Both the position numbers and the translations under genes were made by a program. The notes beneath the pieces are model-generated. The model was not told the DNA's origin and ran no database searches. It saw nothing but the letters and a program-made list of their open reading frames with translations. From Ruminococcus sp. (GTDB taxonomy: Bacteria > Bacillota > Clostridia > Oscillospirales > Acutalibacteraceae): 64,000 bases of DNA. Of the stretch, positions 20,807 to 30,445 are shown piece after piece. The stretch spans positions 2,802 through 66,801 of the forward strand of contig JBGUPW010000032.1 in the NCBI GenBank assembly GCA_045130495.1, in the 5' to 3' direction. The first letter of the stretch is position 1. The number at the start of each line of letters is the position of its first letter.

Positions 20807-20940
20807 GGAAAAAATGACCTCCTGAGCGTATAACAAAATTTATCATTATTACTTTACCACATATTTACTCAAAATGCAAGCGGTTAGTTAAAGTTAATCA
20901 CGTCAATCTGATTCTGAAATACGTCTGAAATATTAATTTA

Positions 20941-21155
20941 GCCTTTCGTTAACGCCGCGTCGGAACGCGGGCTTGGCGGTAAAGTTTTTGTCAAACATTT
21001 GAAGCGCGGTCGTTGCCACGACGGGGCAGTGCGGCTTTGGATAGTGTCTTTGGAAAATAACCTTCTGTTAACGCCGCGTCAGAACGCGGGAACGACGGTA
21101 AAGTTTTTTGTCAAACGTTGGTTGCGCGGACTGATTGTCGGCTCAGCCGACCGGC
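20941..21155. repeat. REP/BIME-like mosaic repeat (two tandem hairpin units plus linker modules)
   Basis: ttaacgccgcgtc.gaacgcggg...cggtaaagtttttgtcaaac occurs twice. Modules are shared with 23318, 49905 and 60133. Confidence 0.8.
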
Positions 21156-22058
21156 GAAGCACGCCCAGCCGCCGTCGAGACGTTCATCTATTATATCAAA
21201 GTAACGGCTTACTCCCTGCTTTACTTCCTCGGCGCGGTCATCGATTATACCGCTCATAATGTAAACGGCTCCCGGCTTCATAAACTCCGCCACGCCCTTT
21301 GACAGGAAGAGTATCGCGTCAGCGACGATATTCGCGAGCACGATATCATATTTTCCTTCGACCTTGTCCGTGAAGCTGCCGCAGACTGCGGTGAAGCGAT
21401 CCTGCACGTTGTTTACCCGGGCGTTTTCTGTTGCGGTTTCAACGGCTTTTTCGTCGATATCGACACCAACTGCTTTTTCAGCGCCGCAGAGCAGAGCGGC
21501 GATTCCCAAAATACCGCTGCCGCAGCCGACGTCGAGCACGCTGTCACCGCGCTTCATATATTTTTCGCACATTTCAAGGCAAAGCCGCGTTGTTTCGTGG
21601 CTGCCCGTGCCGAAGGCGAGTCCGGGGTCAATGCTGAGCACGACCCTGCCCTGAGTGTCGGGGTTCTCGCACCAGCTCGGAACTATCATCAGGTTCTTTC
21701 CGACCGCCATCGGGTGAAAATATTTTTTCCAGTTGTTGCGCCAGTCTTCCTCGGCGCAGTCGAGCAGGGTGATTTCGTGTGAGATGCCTTCGCTCTCATA
21801 TCTCTCGCTCAGGAATGCGACTGCCTCGGCAGGAGAAACGCCCGGCTCGATATAAAGATGCACAAATGCCTTTGAGCGATCCTTTTTCAGCAGCTCCTCG
21901 TCGATGAGGTCTATATGCGCTATCTGCTCCACGACCTGCTCCATGTCGCGGTAATCCTCTATGTAGATGCCGCCCGGAGCAGCCATGTTTGCTATATCGC
22001 CGGCCCTGTCTGCGTCAGCTGCGCTTACGGCTATTTTTATTTCTGTCCAGTTATCCAT
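21111..22058 (-). CDS. prmA: Ribosomal protein L11 methyltransferase
   Basis: EEDWRNNWKKYFHP, DPGLAFGTGSHETT, LDVGCGSGIL. Follows dnaJ. Confidence 0.92.
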   Translation of the reverse strand: MDNWTEIKIAVSAADADRAGDIANMAAPGGIYIEDYRDMEQVVEQIAHIDLIDEELLKKDRSKAFVHLYIEPGVSPAEAVAFLSERYESEGISHEITLLDCAEEDWRNNWKKYFHPMAVGKNLMIVPSWCENPDTQGRVVLSIDPGLAFGTGSHETTRLCLEMCEKYMKRGDSVLDVGCGSGILGIAALLCGAEKAVGVDIDEKAVETATENARVNNVQDRFTAVCGSFTDKVEGKYDIVLANIVADAILFLSKGVAEFMKPGAVYIMSGIIDDRAEEVKQGVSRYFDIIDERLDGGWACFAGRLSRQSVRATNV

Positions 22059-22064
22059 AGTCAA

Positions 22065-23201
22065 TTATCCAAAAAGATTCTTCAGCTTGTCAAAAAAACT
22101 TTTCCTCTTTGCGTAGTTTTTGTCGGTGGTGGCTTTTTCAAACTCGCGCACAAGCTCTTTTTGCTTTCCGTTCAGGCTCTTCGGAACCTCAACCAAAATG
22201 CGCACGTACTGGTCGCCCTTGCCTCTGCCGCCCAAATGCGGGAAGCCTCTGCCCTTTAGCTTGAACACGTCGTTGGGCTGAGTGCCCTCGTGTATCGTGT
22301 ATTTAACTTTGCCGTCAAGCGTGGGAACCGTAAGCTCGGCGCCCAAAGCCGCCTGCGGGAAGGTGACCGGAATGTCGCACCAAACGTCGTCGCCTCTGCG
22401 CTCGAACATACTGTGGCTGCGGACGTTAATGTGAACGTGCAGATCGCCCGAGGAACCGCCGTTGTAGCCTGCGTTGCCGTGGTCGCTGATATTCAAAATC
22501 TGACCGTCCCTTATGCCTGCGGGAATAGTTACGTCCACCGTGCGGCTCTTTCTCTGTCTGCCCGAGCCGCTGCACCTGCGGCAGGGGTTATCGACGATTT
22601 TACCGGTGCCGTGGCACGCGTCGCAGGAGCGTTGGGTCTGGATGACTCCGAACGGGGAGCGCTGGTTGATGGTCACTCTTCCCGAGCCTCCGCACGCCGA
22701 GCAGGTTTTGGGCTGAGAGCCCGCCGCAGCGCCTGTGCCGTGACACTCGTCGCACGTTGATACGCTGTTGTAGCTTATGGTCTTTTTGCAGCCCTTTGCC
22801 GACTCCTCAAATGAAATGGTGACAGTGGTTTCGACATCGCTTCCGCGCTGGGGAGCGTTTGCGCGTCCCTGTCTTCTTCCGCCGAAGCCGCCGAAGAAGC
22901 TTGAAAAGATGTCGTCAAGGTCAATTCCGCCGCCGAACGGGTTTCCTCCGCCCGCTCCTGCGCCGTAGTTGGGATCAACTCCCGCGTGGCCGAACTGGTC
23001 GTAGCGCGCGCGCTTATCCTTGTCGGATAAAACCTCGTACGCTTCGTTTACCTCCTTGAACCTTTCCTCACATTCCTTGTCGCCCGGGTGAAGGTCGGGG
23101 TGATATTTTTTGGCGCTCTGCCTGAACGCCTTCTTTATTTCATCGTCGCTCGCGCCCTTGTTGAGCCCGAGCACCTCGTAATAATCTCTTTTATCTGCCA
23201 T
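22065..23201 (-). CDS. dnaJ: Chaperone DnaJ
   Basis: J-domain HPD and four CxxCxGxG zinc motifs. Confidence 0.97.
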   Translation of the reverse strand: MADKRDYYEVLGLNKGASDDEIKKAFRQSAKKYHPDLHPGDKECEERFKEVNEAYEVLSDKDKRARYDQFGHAGVDPNYGAGAGGGNPFGGGIDLDDIFSSFFGGFGGRRQGRANAPQRGSDVETTVTISFEESAKGCKKTISYNSVSTCDECHGTGAAAGSQPKTCSACGGSGRVTINQRSPFGVIQTQRSCDACHGTGKIVDNPCRRCSGSGRQRKSRTVDVTIPAGIRDGQILNISDHGNAGYNGGSSGDLHVHINVRSHSMFERRGDDVWCDIPVTFPQAALGAELTVPTLDGKVKYTIHEGTQPNDVFKLKGRGFPHLGGRGKGDQYVRILVEVPKSLNGKQKELVREFEKATTDKNYAKRKSFFDKLKNLFG

Positions 23202-23212
23202 TGTCTGTCCTC

Positions 23213-23525
23213 CGATTCATGACGGCTTGCCGTCAGTTCATTCCCCGTCCGTATTCAATGAGCGCAGCGCGCTCAATTCATGCCGAAAGCTATTCATGGC
23301 GCAGCCAATTCATGTCCGGTCGGCTGAGCCGACGGGCGGTGCGGCTTTGGACACCACCGTTTAAAGAAGCCCTTCCATTAACGCCGCATTCATAACGCGG
23401 GAGTGACGGAAAAGTTTTTGTCAAACGTTTGAAGCGCGGATTGGATGCAGCGTCACGCTGCCAACATGAATTTACTTCGTAATAAATTGTGCCGTTGGCA
23501 CATGAATTGCGCCTTTAGCGCATTT
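23213..23525. repeat. Composite repeat: ATTCATG-hairpin arrays flanking a REP-like unit
   Basis: aattcatgccgaaagc-tattcatggcgcagcc-aattcatg..., a REP-like unit at 23318-23463, then catgaatt units in the opposite orientation. Confidence 0.75.
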
Positions 23526-23565
23526 ATTCCGGCTTGGGAAAAACTGTGATACACGGTTCACAAAC

Positions 23566-23604
23566 CGCCTAAAGGAGCTGCAAGAGCAGCTCCTTCCGAG
23601 CGGT
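23566..23604 (-). terminator. Hairpin after dnaK
   Basis: aaggagctgc-aaga-gcagctcctt. Confidence 0.6.
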
Positions 23605-23617
23605 AATAAAATTGTTT

Positions 23618-25471
23618 TTACTGTCCGTCAACGTCGGTGAAATCAGCGTCGTAAACATCGGGACCGCCGTTGCCGTTGTTGTTCGGAGCGCTGCCCATAT
23701 CGGGTGCGCCGTTCATGTCGGGAGCGCCCTGCTGCGGAGCCGCCTGCTGATAAAGCTTAGCGGAAACCTCGTAAACGGTTTTTTGCAGGTCGTCCTTGGC
23801 TGCGTTGATCATGGAGATATCGTTCTTGGCGATAGCATCCTTAACGGCGGCAGCCTTTGTCTTTACAGAATTCTTGTCGGCGTCGGAAAGCTTGTCGCCG
23901 CTCTCGTTAATGAGCTTTTCAGCCTGATATGCAAGGTTCTCTGCCTCGTTCTTGGCGTCAACCTCCTCGCGGCGCTTCTTGTCCTCAGCCGCATACTGCT
24001 CGGCTTCCTTTACAGCCTTGTCGATGTCGTCCTTGCTCATGTTGGTGGAGGAAGAAATTGTGATCTTCTGCTCCTTGCCTGTGCCGAGGTCCTTAGCCGA
24101 TACGTTAACGATGCCGTTGGCGTCGATGTCGAAGGTTACCTCGATCTGGGGAATACCGCGCATTGCGGGAGCGATTCCCGTGAGAGCGAACAGACCGAGC
24201 TGCTTGTTGTCGCGGGCGAACTCGCGCTCACCCTGGAGAACGTTGATTTCAACCTGAGTCTGGTTGTCGGCAGCGGTGGAGAAGATCTGGCTCTTCTTTG
24301 TGGGGATCGTTGTATTTCTGTCGATGATCTTTGTCATAATTCCGCCCATTGTTTCAACGCCGAGCGAGAGGGGAGTAACGTCGAGGAGAAGCAGACCGTC
24401 AACCTCGCCGCCGAGAACGCCCGCCTGGATAGCTGCGCCGATGGCAACACATTCATCGGGGTTGATGCCCTTGAACGGCTCTTTGCCGATAAGTTTCTGA
24501 ACAGCGTCCTGAACGGCGGGGATCCTTGAAGAACCGCCTACCATGAGAACCTTGTCGATCTGACTGATTTGCAGACCGGAGTCGGAAAGCGCACTTCTTA
24601 CGGGACCCATTGTAGCCTCTACCAAATCGGCGGTGAGCTCGTTGAACTTAGCGCGTGTGAGGGTGAGGTCAAGGTGCTTGGGTCCTGTCTGGTCGGCTGT
24701 GATAAAGGGCAGGTTGATCGAGGAGGTGGTTACGCCCGAAAGCTCGATCTTAGCTTTCTCGGCAGCCTCCTTGAGGCGCTGCATAGCCATCTTGTCGCCC
24801 GAGAGGTCGATGCCTGTTTCGGTGCGGAAGGACTGTACCATCCAGTCGATGATGCGCTTGTCAAAGTCGTCGCCGCCGAGACGGTTGTTACCGGCTGTTG
24901 CAAGAACCTCCTGAACGCCGTCGCCCATCTCGATGATGGATACATCGAAGGTGCCGCCGCCGAGGTCGTATACCATGACTTTCTGATCGTTTTCTTTATC
25001 TACGCCGTAGGAAAGTGCCGCGGCAGTGGGTTCGTTGATGATTCTCTTTACGTCAAGACCCGCGATTTTGCCCGCGTCCTTTGTAGCCTGGCGCTGTGCG
25101 TCGGTGAAGTAAGCCGGAACGGTGATGACCGCCTGAGTGACTGTTTCGCCGAGATAAGCTTCCGCGTCAGCCTTGAGCTTTTGCAGGATCATTGCTGAGA
25201 TCTCCTGCGGAGTGTAGCTTTTGCCGCCGATATTTACCTTGTATGATGAGCCCATCTCGCGCTTGATCGAAGAAACCGTGCGCTCGGGGTTGGTGATAGC
25301 CTGACGCTTTGCAACCTGACCTACCATTCTCTCGCCGTTCTTGGAGAACGCCACAACAGAGGGTGTTGTTCTTGAGCCTTCGGCGTTAGCGATAACTACA
25401 GGCTCGCCGCCTTCGATAACCGCTACACATGAGTTTGTTGTTCCTAAATCTATACCTATTGTTTTTGCCAT
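23618..25471 (-). CDS. dnaK: Chaperone DnaK
   Basis: [31 protein letters not shown]. Confidence 0.98.
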   Translation of the reverse strand: MAKTIGIDLGTTNSCVAVIEGGEPVVIANAEGSRTTPSVVAFSKNGERMVGQVAKRQAITNPERTVSSIKREMGSSYKVNIGGKSYTPQEISAMILQKLKADAEAYLGETVTQAVITVPAYFTDAQRQATKDAGKIAGLDVKRIINEPTAAALSYGVDKENDQKVMVYDLGGGTFDVSIIEMGDGVQEVLATAGNNRLGGDDFDKRIIDWMVQSFRTETGIDLSGDKMAMQRLKEAAEKAKIELSGVTTSSINLPFITADQTGPKHLDLTLTRAKFNELTADLVEATMGPVRSALSDSGLQISQIDKVLMVGGSSRIPAVQDAVQKLIGKEPFKGINPDECVAIGAAIQAGVLGGEVDGLLLLDVTPLSLGVETMGGIMTKIIDRNTTIPTKKSQIFSTAADNQTQVEINVLQGEREFARDNKQLGLFALTGIAPAMRGIPQIEVTFDIDANGIVNVSAKDLGTGKEQKITISSSTNMSKDDIDKAVKEAEQYAAEDKKRREEVDAKNEAENLAYQAEKLINESGDKLSDADKNSVKTKAAAVKDAIAKNDISMINAAKDDLQKTVYEVSAKLYQQAAPQQGAPDMNGAPDMGSAPNNNGNGGPDVYDADFTDVDGQ

Positions 25472-25615
25472 AATTTTTTTCCTCCTAAAAATGTTCTGTT
25501 TTTTTAAAAATTTGGTTTTTGTATTAGATTTGTTTTTTGTTTTTGATTTTGATTTGCTTGATTTGCTTGATTTGCTTGTAATACTTGTAATATATATTAA
25601 TACAGGAAAAGCCTG

Positions 25616-26164
25616 TTAATTGGTGACCTGAACCATCGCGTGACGGATGATTTTATCCCCTATTTTGTAGCCTGCCTGGTACACGGCTGCGATCTTGCCC
25701 GAATCCAACTCCTCGCTGTCGACCATTCCGATAGCGTTGTGAAGGTTGGGGTCAAAGTCCTCGCCGACCTTGCCGTAGGCTTCTATTTTGAGCTTCTCAA
25801 AGGATTTGTCAAGCTGACTCGAAATAAGCTCGATCCCCTTGACTATCTCCCTGTCGGCGTCCTTTAAATTTTCCAGCGCCATTCGCACGCTGTCAGCCAC
25901 CGGGAGCAGTTCCTTGACCGCCTTTGCCGTCGCGTCGTCATAAAGCGCGAGCTTTTCGTTGGCGGTGCGTTTGCGGTAGTTGTCGTACTCTGCGGCAAGT
26001 CTCATATATTTATCCTTGCCTGCGGCGACCTCGTCCTCAAGCGCCTTTATTTTTTCTTCTTTTTCGTCCTTCGGTTCTTCGGACTGCGCTTCCTCAGCGA
26101 CTTCTTCGGCGGTTATTACCTCCTCGGTCGCTTCTGTCGCCTCGTTCTTTTTCTTTTTGGACAT
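25616..26164 (-). CDS. grpE: Nucleotide exchange factor GrpE
   Basis: RLAAEYDNYRKRT, FDPNLHNA, GYKIGDKIIRHAMV. Confidence 0.95.
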   Translation of the reverse strand: MSKKKKNEATEATEEVITAEEVAEEAQSEEPKDEKEEKIKALEDEVAAGKDKYMRLAAEYDNYRKRTANEKLALYDDATAKAVKELLPVADSVRMALENLKDADREIVKGIELISSQLDKSFEKLKIEAYGKVGEDFDPNLHNAIGMVDSEELDSGKIAAVYQAGYKIGDKIIRHAMVQVTN

Positions 26165-26183
26165 CGGATATCCTCCTCTATCT

Positions 26184-27221
26184 TTATATTTCGGTCAGAC
26201 CGGCTATAAGCCCGCCTGCCTGCTCTGTCACACATTCAATCACGGAAAGCGTCCGCGCATAGTCGGTTCGCAGCGGCGCTATTGCCGCCAAAACTCCCGA
26301 AATGCCGTCGCCCGCCGTATACCGCGCCGAAATCACGACGCTCTGTGAAAGCTCCGTGCGGCTGTTCTCACTGCCGATCATCACCGACGGAGTTTGCGGA
26401 AGGCGGTTAAGCATAGCCGCCAAATCGCTTTCGTTCTGCAAAAAATCCCAAATCCGCCGCGCTCCCGCAATGCCTGCTTCGGTCACGTTCATCAGCCTGC
26501 CGTAGCCGCTGTGGAACACGCTGACCCTCGCCGCCTGTTCGCAAGCCTCCATGACCGCCAAAAGCGGAGAGGTCATAAACAGCGAAAGCTCGCCGAAGCC
26601 CGCTGCGGCTGTCTGAACGAACGGCCGCGTAACCGAACTGATCCTGACGCCCGTGAAAGAGTCGTTGAACGCCCTTTCAAACACGGTCAGCAGCTCGGGG
26701 GTCAGCAGGAACTCGCACCGGAACAGCCTTGTTTTTATTACGCCGCTCGACGCTATCACCACAGCCATGCCCGAATGGGCTCCGGTAGAGATGAACTTAA
26801 TCCGGCGGATACGCGTTTCGGCTCCGTCGGGCGTTGCCGCCAGCGCTATGCAGTCGGTCAGCCTCGACAAAATGTCCGCCGCGCCCTGAAGAATACTTTC
26901 GGGCGACTCGGATTTTTGCGAAAGGGTCTCGCTGATGTATTCGCGTCCGCGTTCCGAAACGGGAACTACCTTCATCACGTTGTCAACGTAGTAGCGGTAG
27001 CCGGACTCGGTGGGGATCCTGCCTGCCGAGGTGTGCGGCTGAACAAGATACCCCTTTTCGGTGAGCTCCGCCATGTCGTTGCGCACTGTGGCGGATGAAA
27101 CCGTAAGCCCCGACTCCGCCAAAAGCGCCTTTGAGCCGACAGGCTCGCCGCTGCGGATGTATCGCTCCACAACAGCGGAAAGAATCTTTTGTTTTCTCGC
27201 AGCAGGTTCCAACCCTCTCAC
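26184..27221 (-). CDS. hrcA: Heat-inducible transcription repressor HrcA
   Basis: EPVGSK, SSATVRNDMA, QPHTSAGRIPT. Confidence 0.95.
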   Translation of the reverse strand: MRGLEPAARKQKILSAVVERYIRSGEPVGSKALLAESGLTVSSATVRNDMAELTEKGYLVQPHTSAGRIPTESGYRYYVDNVMKVVPVSERGREYISETLSQKSESPESILQGAADILSRLTDCIALAATPDGAETRIRRIKFISTGAHSGMAVVIASSGVIKTRLFRCEFLLTPELLTVFERAFNDSFTGVRISSVTRPFVQTAAAGFGELSLFMTSPLLAVMEACEQAARVSVFHSGYGRLMNVTEAGIAGARRIWDFLQNESDLAAMLNRLPQTPSVMIGSENSRTELSQSVVISARYTAGDGISGVLAAIAPLRTDYARTLSVIECVTEQAGGLIAGLTEI

Positions 27222-27239
27222 CTCGTTTCTTTTGAGGGA

Positions 27240-27266
27240 TTAGCACTCTCGGTGGTTGAGTGCTAA
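27240..27266. promoter_or_regulatory. CIRCE operator
   Basis: Exact TTAGCACTC-N9-GAGTGCTAA upstream of hrcA. Confidence 0.97.
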
Positions 27267-27279
27267 CTGCTATGTTCAT

Positions 27280-27308
27280 ACTATACTCCCAAAGTCAGAA
27301 AAAGTCAA
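27280..27308 (-). promoter_or_regulatory. hrcA operon promoter
   Basis: TTGACT-17 nt-TATAGT on the minus strand, upstream of CIRCE. Confidence 0.8.
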
Positions 27309-27363
27309 GTAAAATTTTTAAATTTCTTAAAAACTTCATATTTTTCACAGTATAATCACATTA

Positions 27364-27598
27364 CAATGCCGCTCTGCGGCAATTCATGTGCACGGCACTA
27401 TTCATGTGTCCGCGACATAATTCATGCTGCGCAGCAACAATCCACTTCTGCCGCCAACATCTGATAATGTCTTAAACCTTTTCAAAACGGAAAGCTTTGC
27501 GGCAGGAATGAATTGTCCTTGGGACATGAATTGGCTTCGCCATGAATAGCCTTCGGCGTGAATAGCCTTCGGCATGAATTGAGCGCGGGGCGCTCATT
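27364..27598. repeat. Two opposed arrays of ATTCATG/CATGAAT plus short variable hairpin units
   Basis: aattcatgtgcacggcac-tattcatgtgtccgcgacat-aattcatgctgcgcagc ... atgaattggcttcgcc-atgaatagccttcggc-gtgaatagccttcggc-atgaattgagcgcggggcgctc. Confidence 0.8.
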
Positions 27599-27672
27599 GT
27601 TGGTTGACAATATCAAAATATACCGCTATATTATATTAAGAACATAATAAGAACATAAACGGAGTTGATTTT

Positions 27673-27933
27673 ATGGAATTTTTAAATTACGCATATGTAT
27701 TTCTGTGGGCGGCGCTGGCTATAATGGTCGTTATCGTCGGCAGAAAGGAACGGCTGCTCTCCTGCGCGATCGCGTCCTTCTTTGTGTTTATGGCGGTGTG
27801 GTACGGTCTGCGCGCTTTCGGAGGAATAGCGGTGTTCGACGGCGTTTTGGGCATTGTATTCCGCTGTGTGCTCGGAGTCTTTGCGGTGCTGCTGGGGGTT
27901 ATTTGGTACCTGAGCCGCCGGAGCAAAAAATAG
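27673..27933 (+). CDS. Small hypothetical membrane protein
   Basis: 3 TM helices, RBS GGAG, promoter TTGACA-17-TATATT at 27604-27632. Confidence 0.7.
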   Translation: MEFLNYAYVFLWAALAIMVVIVGRKERLLSCAIASFFVFMAVWYGLRAFGGIAVFDGVLGIVFRCVLGVFAVLLGVIWYLSRRSKK

Positions 27934-28092
27934 CTATACTATATATATTCTTTGAAGGCTTTCCCCACAATATGTGGACAGCTTTCACCATAAAAGCAAA
28001 AAAGTGCGGTTTTTTTGAAAAAACGCTTGATTTTCACTTGACTTTATGATATCATAATATCCAAATGACTGCTATTATAAGGAGGTGGGACA

Positions 28093-28353
28093 ATGGCAAA
28101 CATCAAGTCCGCAAAAAAGCGTGTTAAGGTTATAGCTACAAAAACTGCCCGCAATAAGGCTGCAAAGTCGGCTCTCAAGACAGCCATCAAGAAAGCGTAC
28201 TTCGCTGTTGACACCAATGCTGACAACAAGCAGGAGGCGGTTCGTTTTGCTGTCAAGAAAATTGACCAGGCGGCTGCCAAAGGTATTCTTCACAAGAACA
28301 CTGCGGCAAGAAGAAAGTCAAATCTTGCCAAGCGTTTGAACGCATCCGCGTAA
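28093..28353 (+). CDS. rpsT: 30S ribosomal protein S20
   Basis: [24 protein letters not shown]. Confidence 0.98.
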   Translation: MANIKSAKKRVKVIATKTARNKAAKSALKTAIKKAYFAVDTNADNKQEAVRFAVKKIDQAAAKGILHKNTAARRKSNLAKRLNASA

Positions 28354-28519
28354 ATCTGCGTAAATAAGACTGCAAGGCAAATTGATTGCTAAAACTTGAA
28401 AGCAGAGTTTTTCTCTGCTTTTTTTGTTTTTGTGTTGACATTTGCATAAAAATTGTATAAAATATATTTAGTGTAGACTCATCAAATTGTAAATATATTT
28501 GTATAAACGGAGGTTCAAC

Positions 28520-28669
28520 ATGAAAAACAACAAATTATTATGGATCATCGGCATTATCACGTTAATTGCAGCTCTTTCGGGAGCTCTCACAGCGTACTTC
28601 ATCGCTAAAGATAAGCAGAGAAAAGACGACGAGGAACTGATGGAGTACCTCGACAGCGCAATTGAATAA
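28520..28669 (+). CDS. 49-aa single-TM small protein (absent from ORF track)
   Basis: MKNNKLLWIIGIITLIAALSGALTAYFIAKDKQRKDDEELMEYLDSAIE. RBS GGAGG and promoter TTGACA-17-TAAAAT at 28435-28463. Confidence 0.75.
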   Translation: MKNNKLLWIIGIITLIAALSGALTAYFIAKDKQRKDDEELMEYLDSAIE

Positions 28670-28717
28670 ACGCCTGCCCGACTTTTTGTCGGGCTGTTTC
28701 TTTAAGGAGGAATTGAA

Positions 28718-28999
28718 ATGGATATCGAGCGGGAGCTTGAAAAACTTCTTGCGGCGGCAAAAGCCGACGGCGGTTTGAAAGCAGAGCTGCTGCAAACCCG
28801 TCAAAGCGACGATCCCGTTGAGGCTTTCTGCGCGCTTGCGCGGCAAAAGGGCTACGAAATAACCGCAGGCGAGCTGTTCTCGTTGGGGCTTACGGAGAAC
28901 GACGCCAAGCTGAGAAGCGTAAACGGCGGCGGAGTTAACCCCATAGAGGGCTGGGACGACGCCTACGAGCAGTTTTTCACGGCGCTGATTTGGACATGA
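28718..28999 (+). CDS. Nif11-like leader peptide family protein
   Basis: LEKLL..AKAD..LKAELL...ALARQKGYEIT..EL...LRSVNGG pattern, then a 22-aa core. Confidence 0.65.
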   Translation: MDIERELEKLLAAAKADGGLKAELLQTRQSDDPVEAFCALARQKGYEITAGELFSLGLTENDAKLRSVNGGGVNPIEGWDDAYEQFFTALIWT

Positions 29000-29035
29000 C
29001 GCCGATTAGGTGGAGTTTGACGGAGGAACATACAT

Positions 29036-29476
29036 ATGGATTTTAAAACAATCCGCGCGGAAGAGGAGTGGCAGCGTGCGGGAGCTTATTCCGTGAGAAT
29101 ACAGGGCATGAACCGTCAGCACAACATTTCACTGAGAGATGAATTTGACGAACACGACGGTGACGGCACAAAATATATCGTGCTGCTTGACGGCGAGTAT
29201 CCCGTGGCGACCTGCCGCTTTTATGAGCTCGACAAGCAGAGCGTTTTGCTCGGGCGCGTGGTTGTTCTTCCCGAATACCGCGGAAATCAGCTCGGCAGAA
29301 GAGTGATTGAAGAAGCGGAGCGGTGGATAGCGGAGTTGGGATACACCGAGGTTTTTATCGACAGCCGCGTTGTCGCGACGGGATTCTATGAAAAGCTCGG
29401 CTACAAGTGCGTTGACAACAGGGTGATAAAAAGCTGGAGCTTCGACTGCGTGAAAATGCATAAAAGGCTGAATTGA
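29036..29476 (+). CDS. GNAT acetyltransferase (ElaA/YjcF-like)
   Basis: LGRVVVLPEYRGNQLG, GFYEKLGY. Confidence 0.85.
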   Translation: MDFKTIRAEEEWQRAGAYSVRIQGMNRQHNISLRDEFDEHDGDGTKYIVLLDGEYPVATCRFYELDKQSVLLGRVVVLPEYRGNQLGRRVIEEAERWIAELGYTEVFIDSRVVATGFYEKLGYKCVDNRVIKSWSFDCVKMHKRLN

Positions 29477-29600
29477 CGCGCGCCGAATCAAAGAACCACT
29501 GATTAATTCACACTGACGGAAAATCTGACAGCGCGACTACTCACTCACCCGAAGCAATCGGTGCTTTCTTAAAATCAACTGTTCTGTCCGCAGCCATAAT

Positions 29601-29640
29601 AAGACAAAAAAAGACAAAAACAGACAAAAACAGAATGAAA
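29601..29640 (+). promoter_or_regulatory. Four phased 10-bp direct repeats upstream of rpiB
   Basis: aagacaaaaa aagacaaaaa cagacaaaaa cagaatgaaa. Confidence 0.5.
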
Positions 29641-29694
29641 GATCTTCGATTCTGTTTAGGTATAAATAATAAATATTTTAGGAGGAGTGTTATT

Positions 29695-30156
29695 ATGAAA
29701 ATCGCTATGGCAAATGATCATGCCGGCACATCAATGAAAAATGAAATCAAGGCTTACCTGGAAGCTCAGGGACATACGGTCGTTGATTTCGGAGCCTATG
29801 ACGATAAATCCTGTGATTTGTCCGATTTCGTTCTCCCTGCGGCTTTAGCTGTCGCAAAAGGCGAGTGCGACAGAGGTATCTTCGTTGACGGGGTAGGCTA
29901 CGGAAGCGCTATGATAGCCAACAAGGTAAACGGAATTTACGCCTGCGTTTGTCAGGACCCATTCTGCGCTCAGCTTGCCCGTGAGCATAATGACGCGAAT
30001 GTGCTTTGCCTCGGTGCGAAAATCATAGGCGGATTGATCGCTATGGAAATCGTCAAGACGTTTATGAAAATCGAACCGCTGACAGCCGAAAAATATGTGC
30101 GCCGCGTTAAAAAGGTGCAAAAAATCAATGATGAGCATTGCGTTCCCGTGAAGTAA
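29695..30156 (+). CDS. rpiB: RpiB/LacA/LacB family sugar-phosphate isomerase
   Basis: MKIAMANDHAG, ANKVNGI, AREHNDANVLCLGA. Confidence 0.85.
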   Translation: MKIAMANDHAGTSMKNEIKAYLEAQGHTVVDFGAYDDKSCDLSDFVLPAALAVAKGECDRGIFVDGVGYGSAMIANKVNGIYACVCQDPFCAQLAREHNDANVLCLGAKIIGGLIAMEIVKTFMKIEPLTAEKYVRRVKKVQKINDEHCVPVK

Positions 30157-30162
30157 AGCAAA

Positions 30163-30408
30163 GGGAACCTCTAAAAGCAAAAAGAGCGCGCAGGCAGCGA
30201 AGATACCACTGTCTGCGCGCTTATCGCGCTTATTAACTTATTATATATCTTTATCCTTTTATATCCCTTTGACCTTGAAAAAAAGATTGTTCGTGTTTTC
30301 ATCCCTGTTTTTCAGGCTTGCAACGCCGATTGCTACGGCGCTTATTGAAAACGCTAATAAAAAATTAAAGTCAGCGGAATATAACTCAACAGATGTTCAG
30401 AGGTTCCC
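30163..30408. mobile_element. MITE-like non-coding element with GGGAACCTCT terminal inverted repeats
   Basis: gggaacctctaaa ... ttcagaggttccc. The same end sequence occurs at 37898, 52494/52522 and 55948/55965. Confidence 0.5.
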
Positions 30409-30445
30409 ATAATGTACAACAACTTAATGCACAGCAACGCAAAAT

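Noticed and set aside
25520-25595. Short 9-bp tandem repeats between grpE and dnaK
   Set aside because: Low-complexity A-rich leader on the coding strand with no supportable function.
27364-27598. Possible mini-CRISPR
   Set aside because: The constant part is only ~7 bp, the variable parts are self-complementary and too short, and there are no cas genes.
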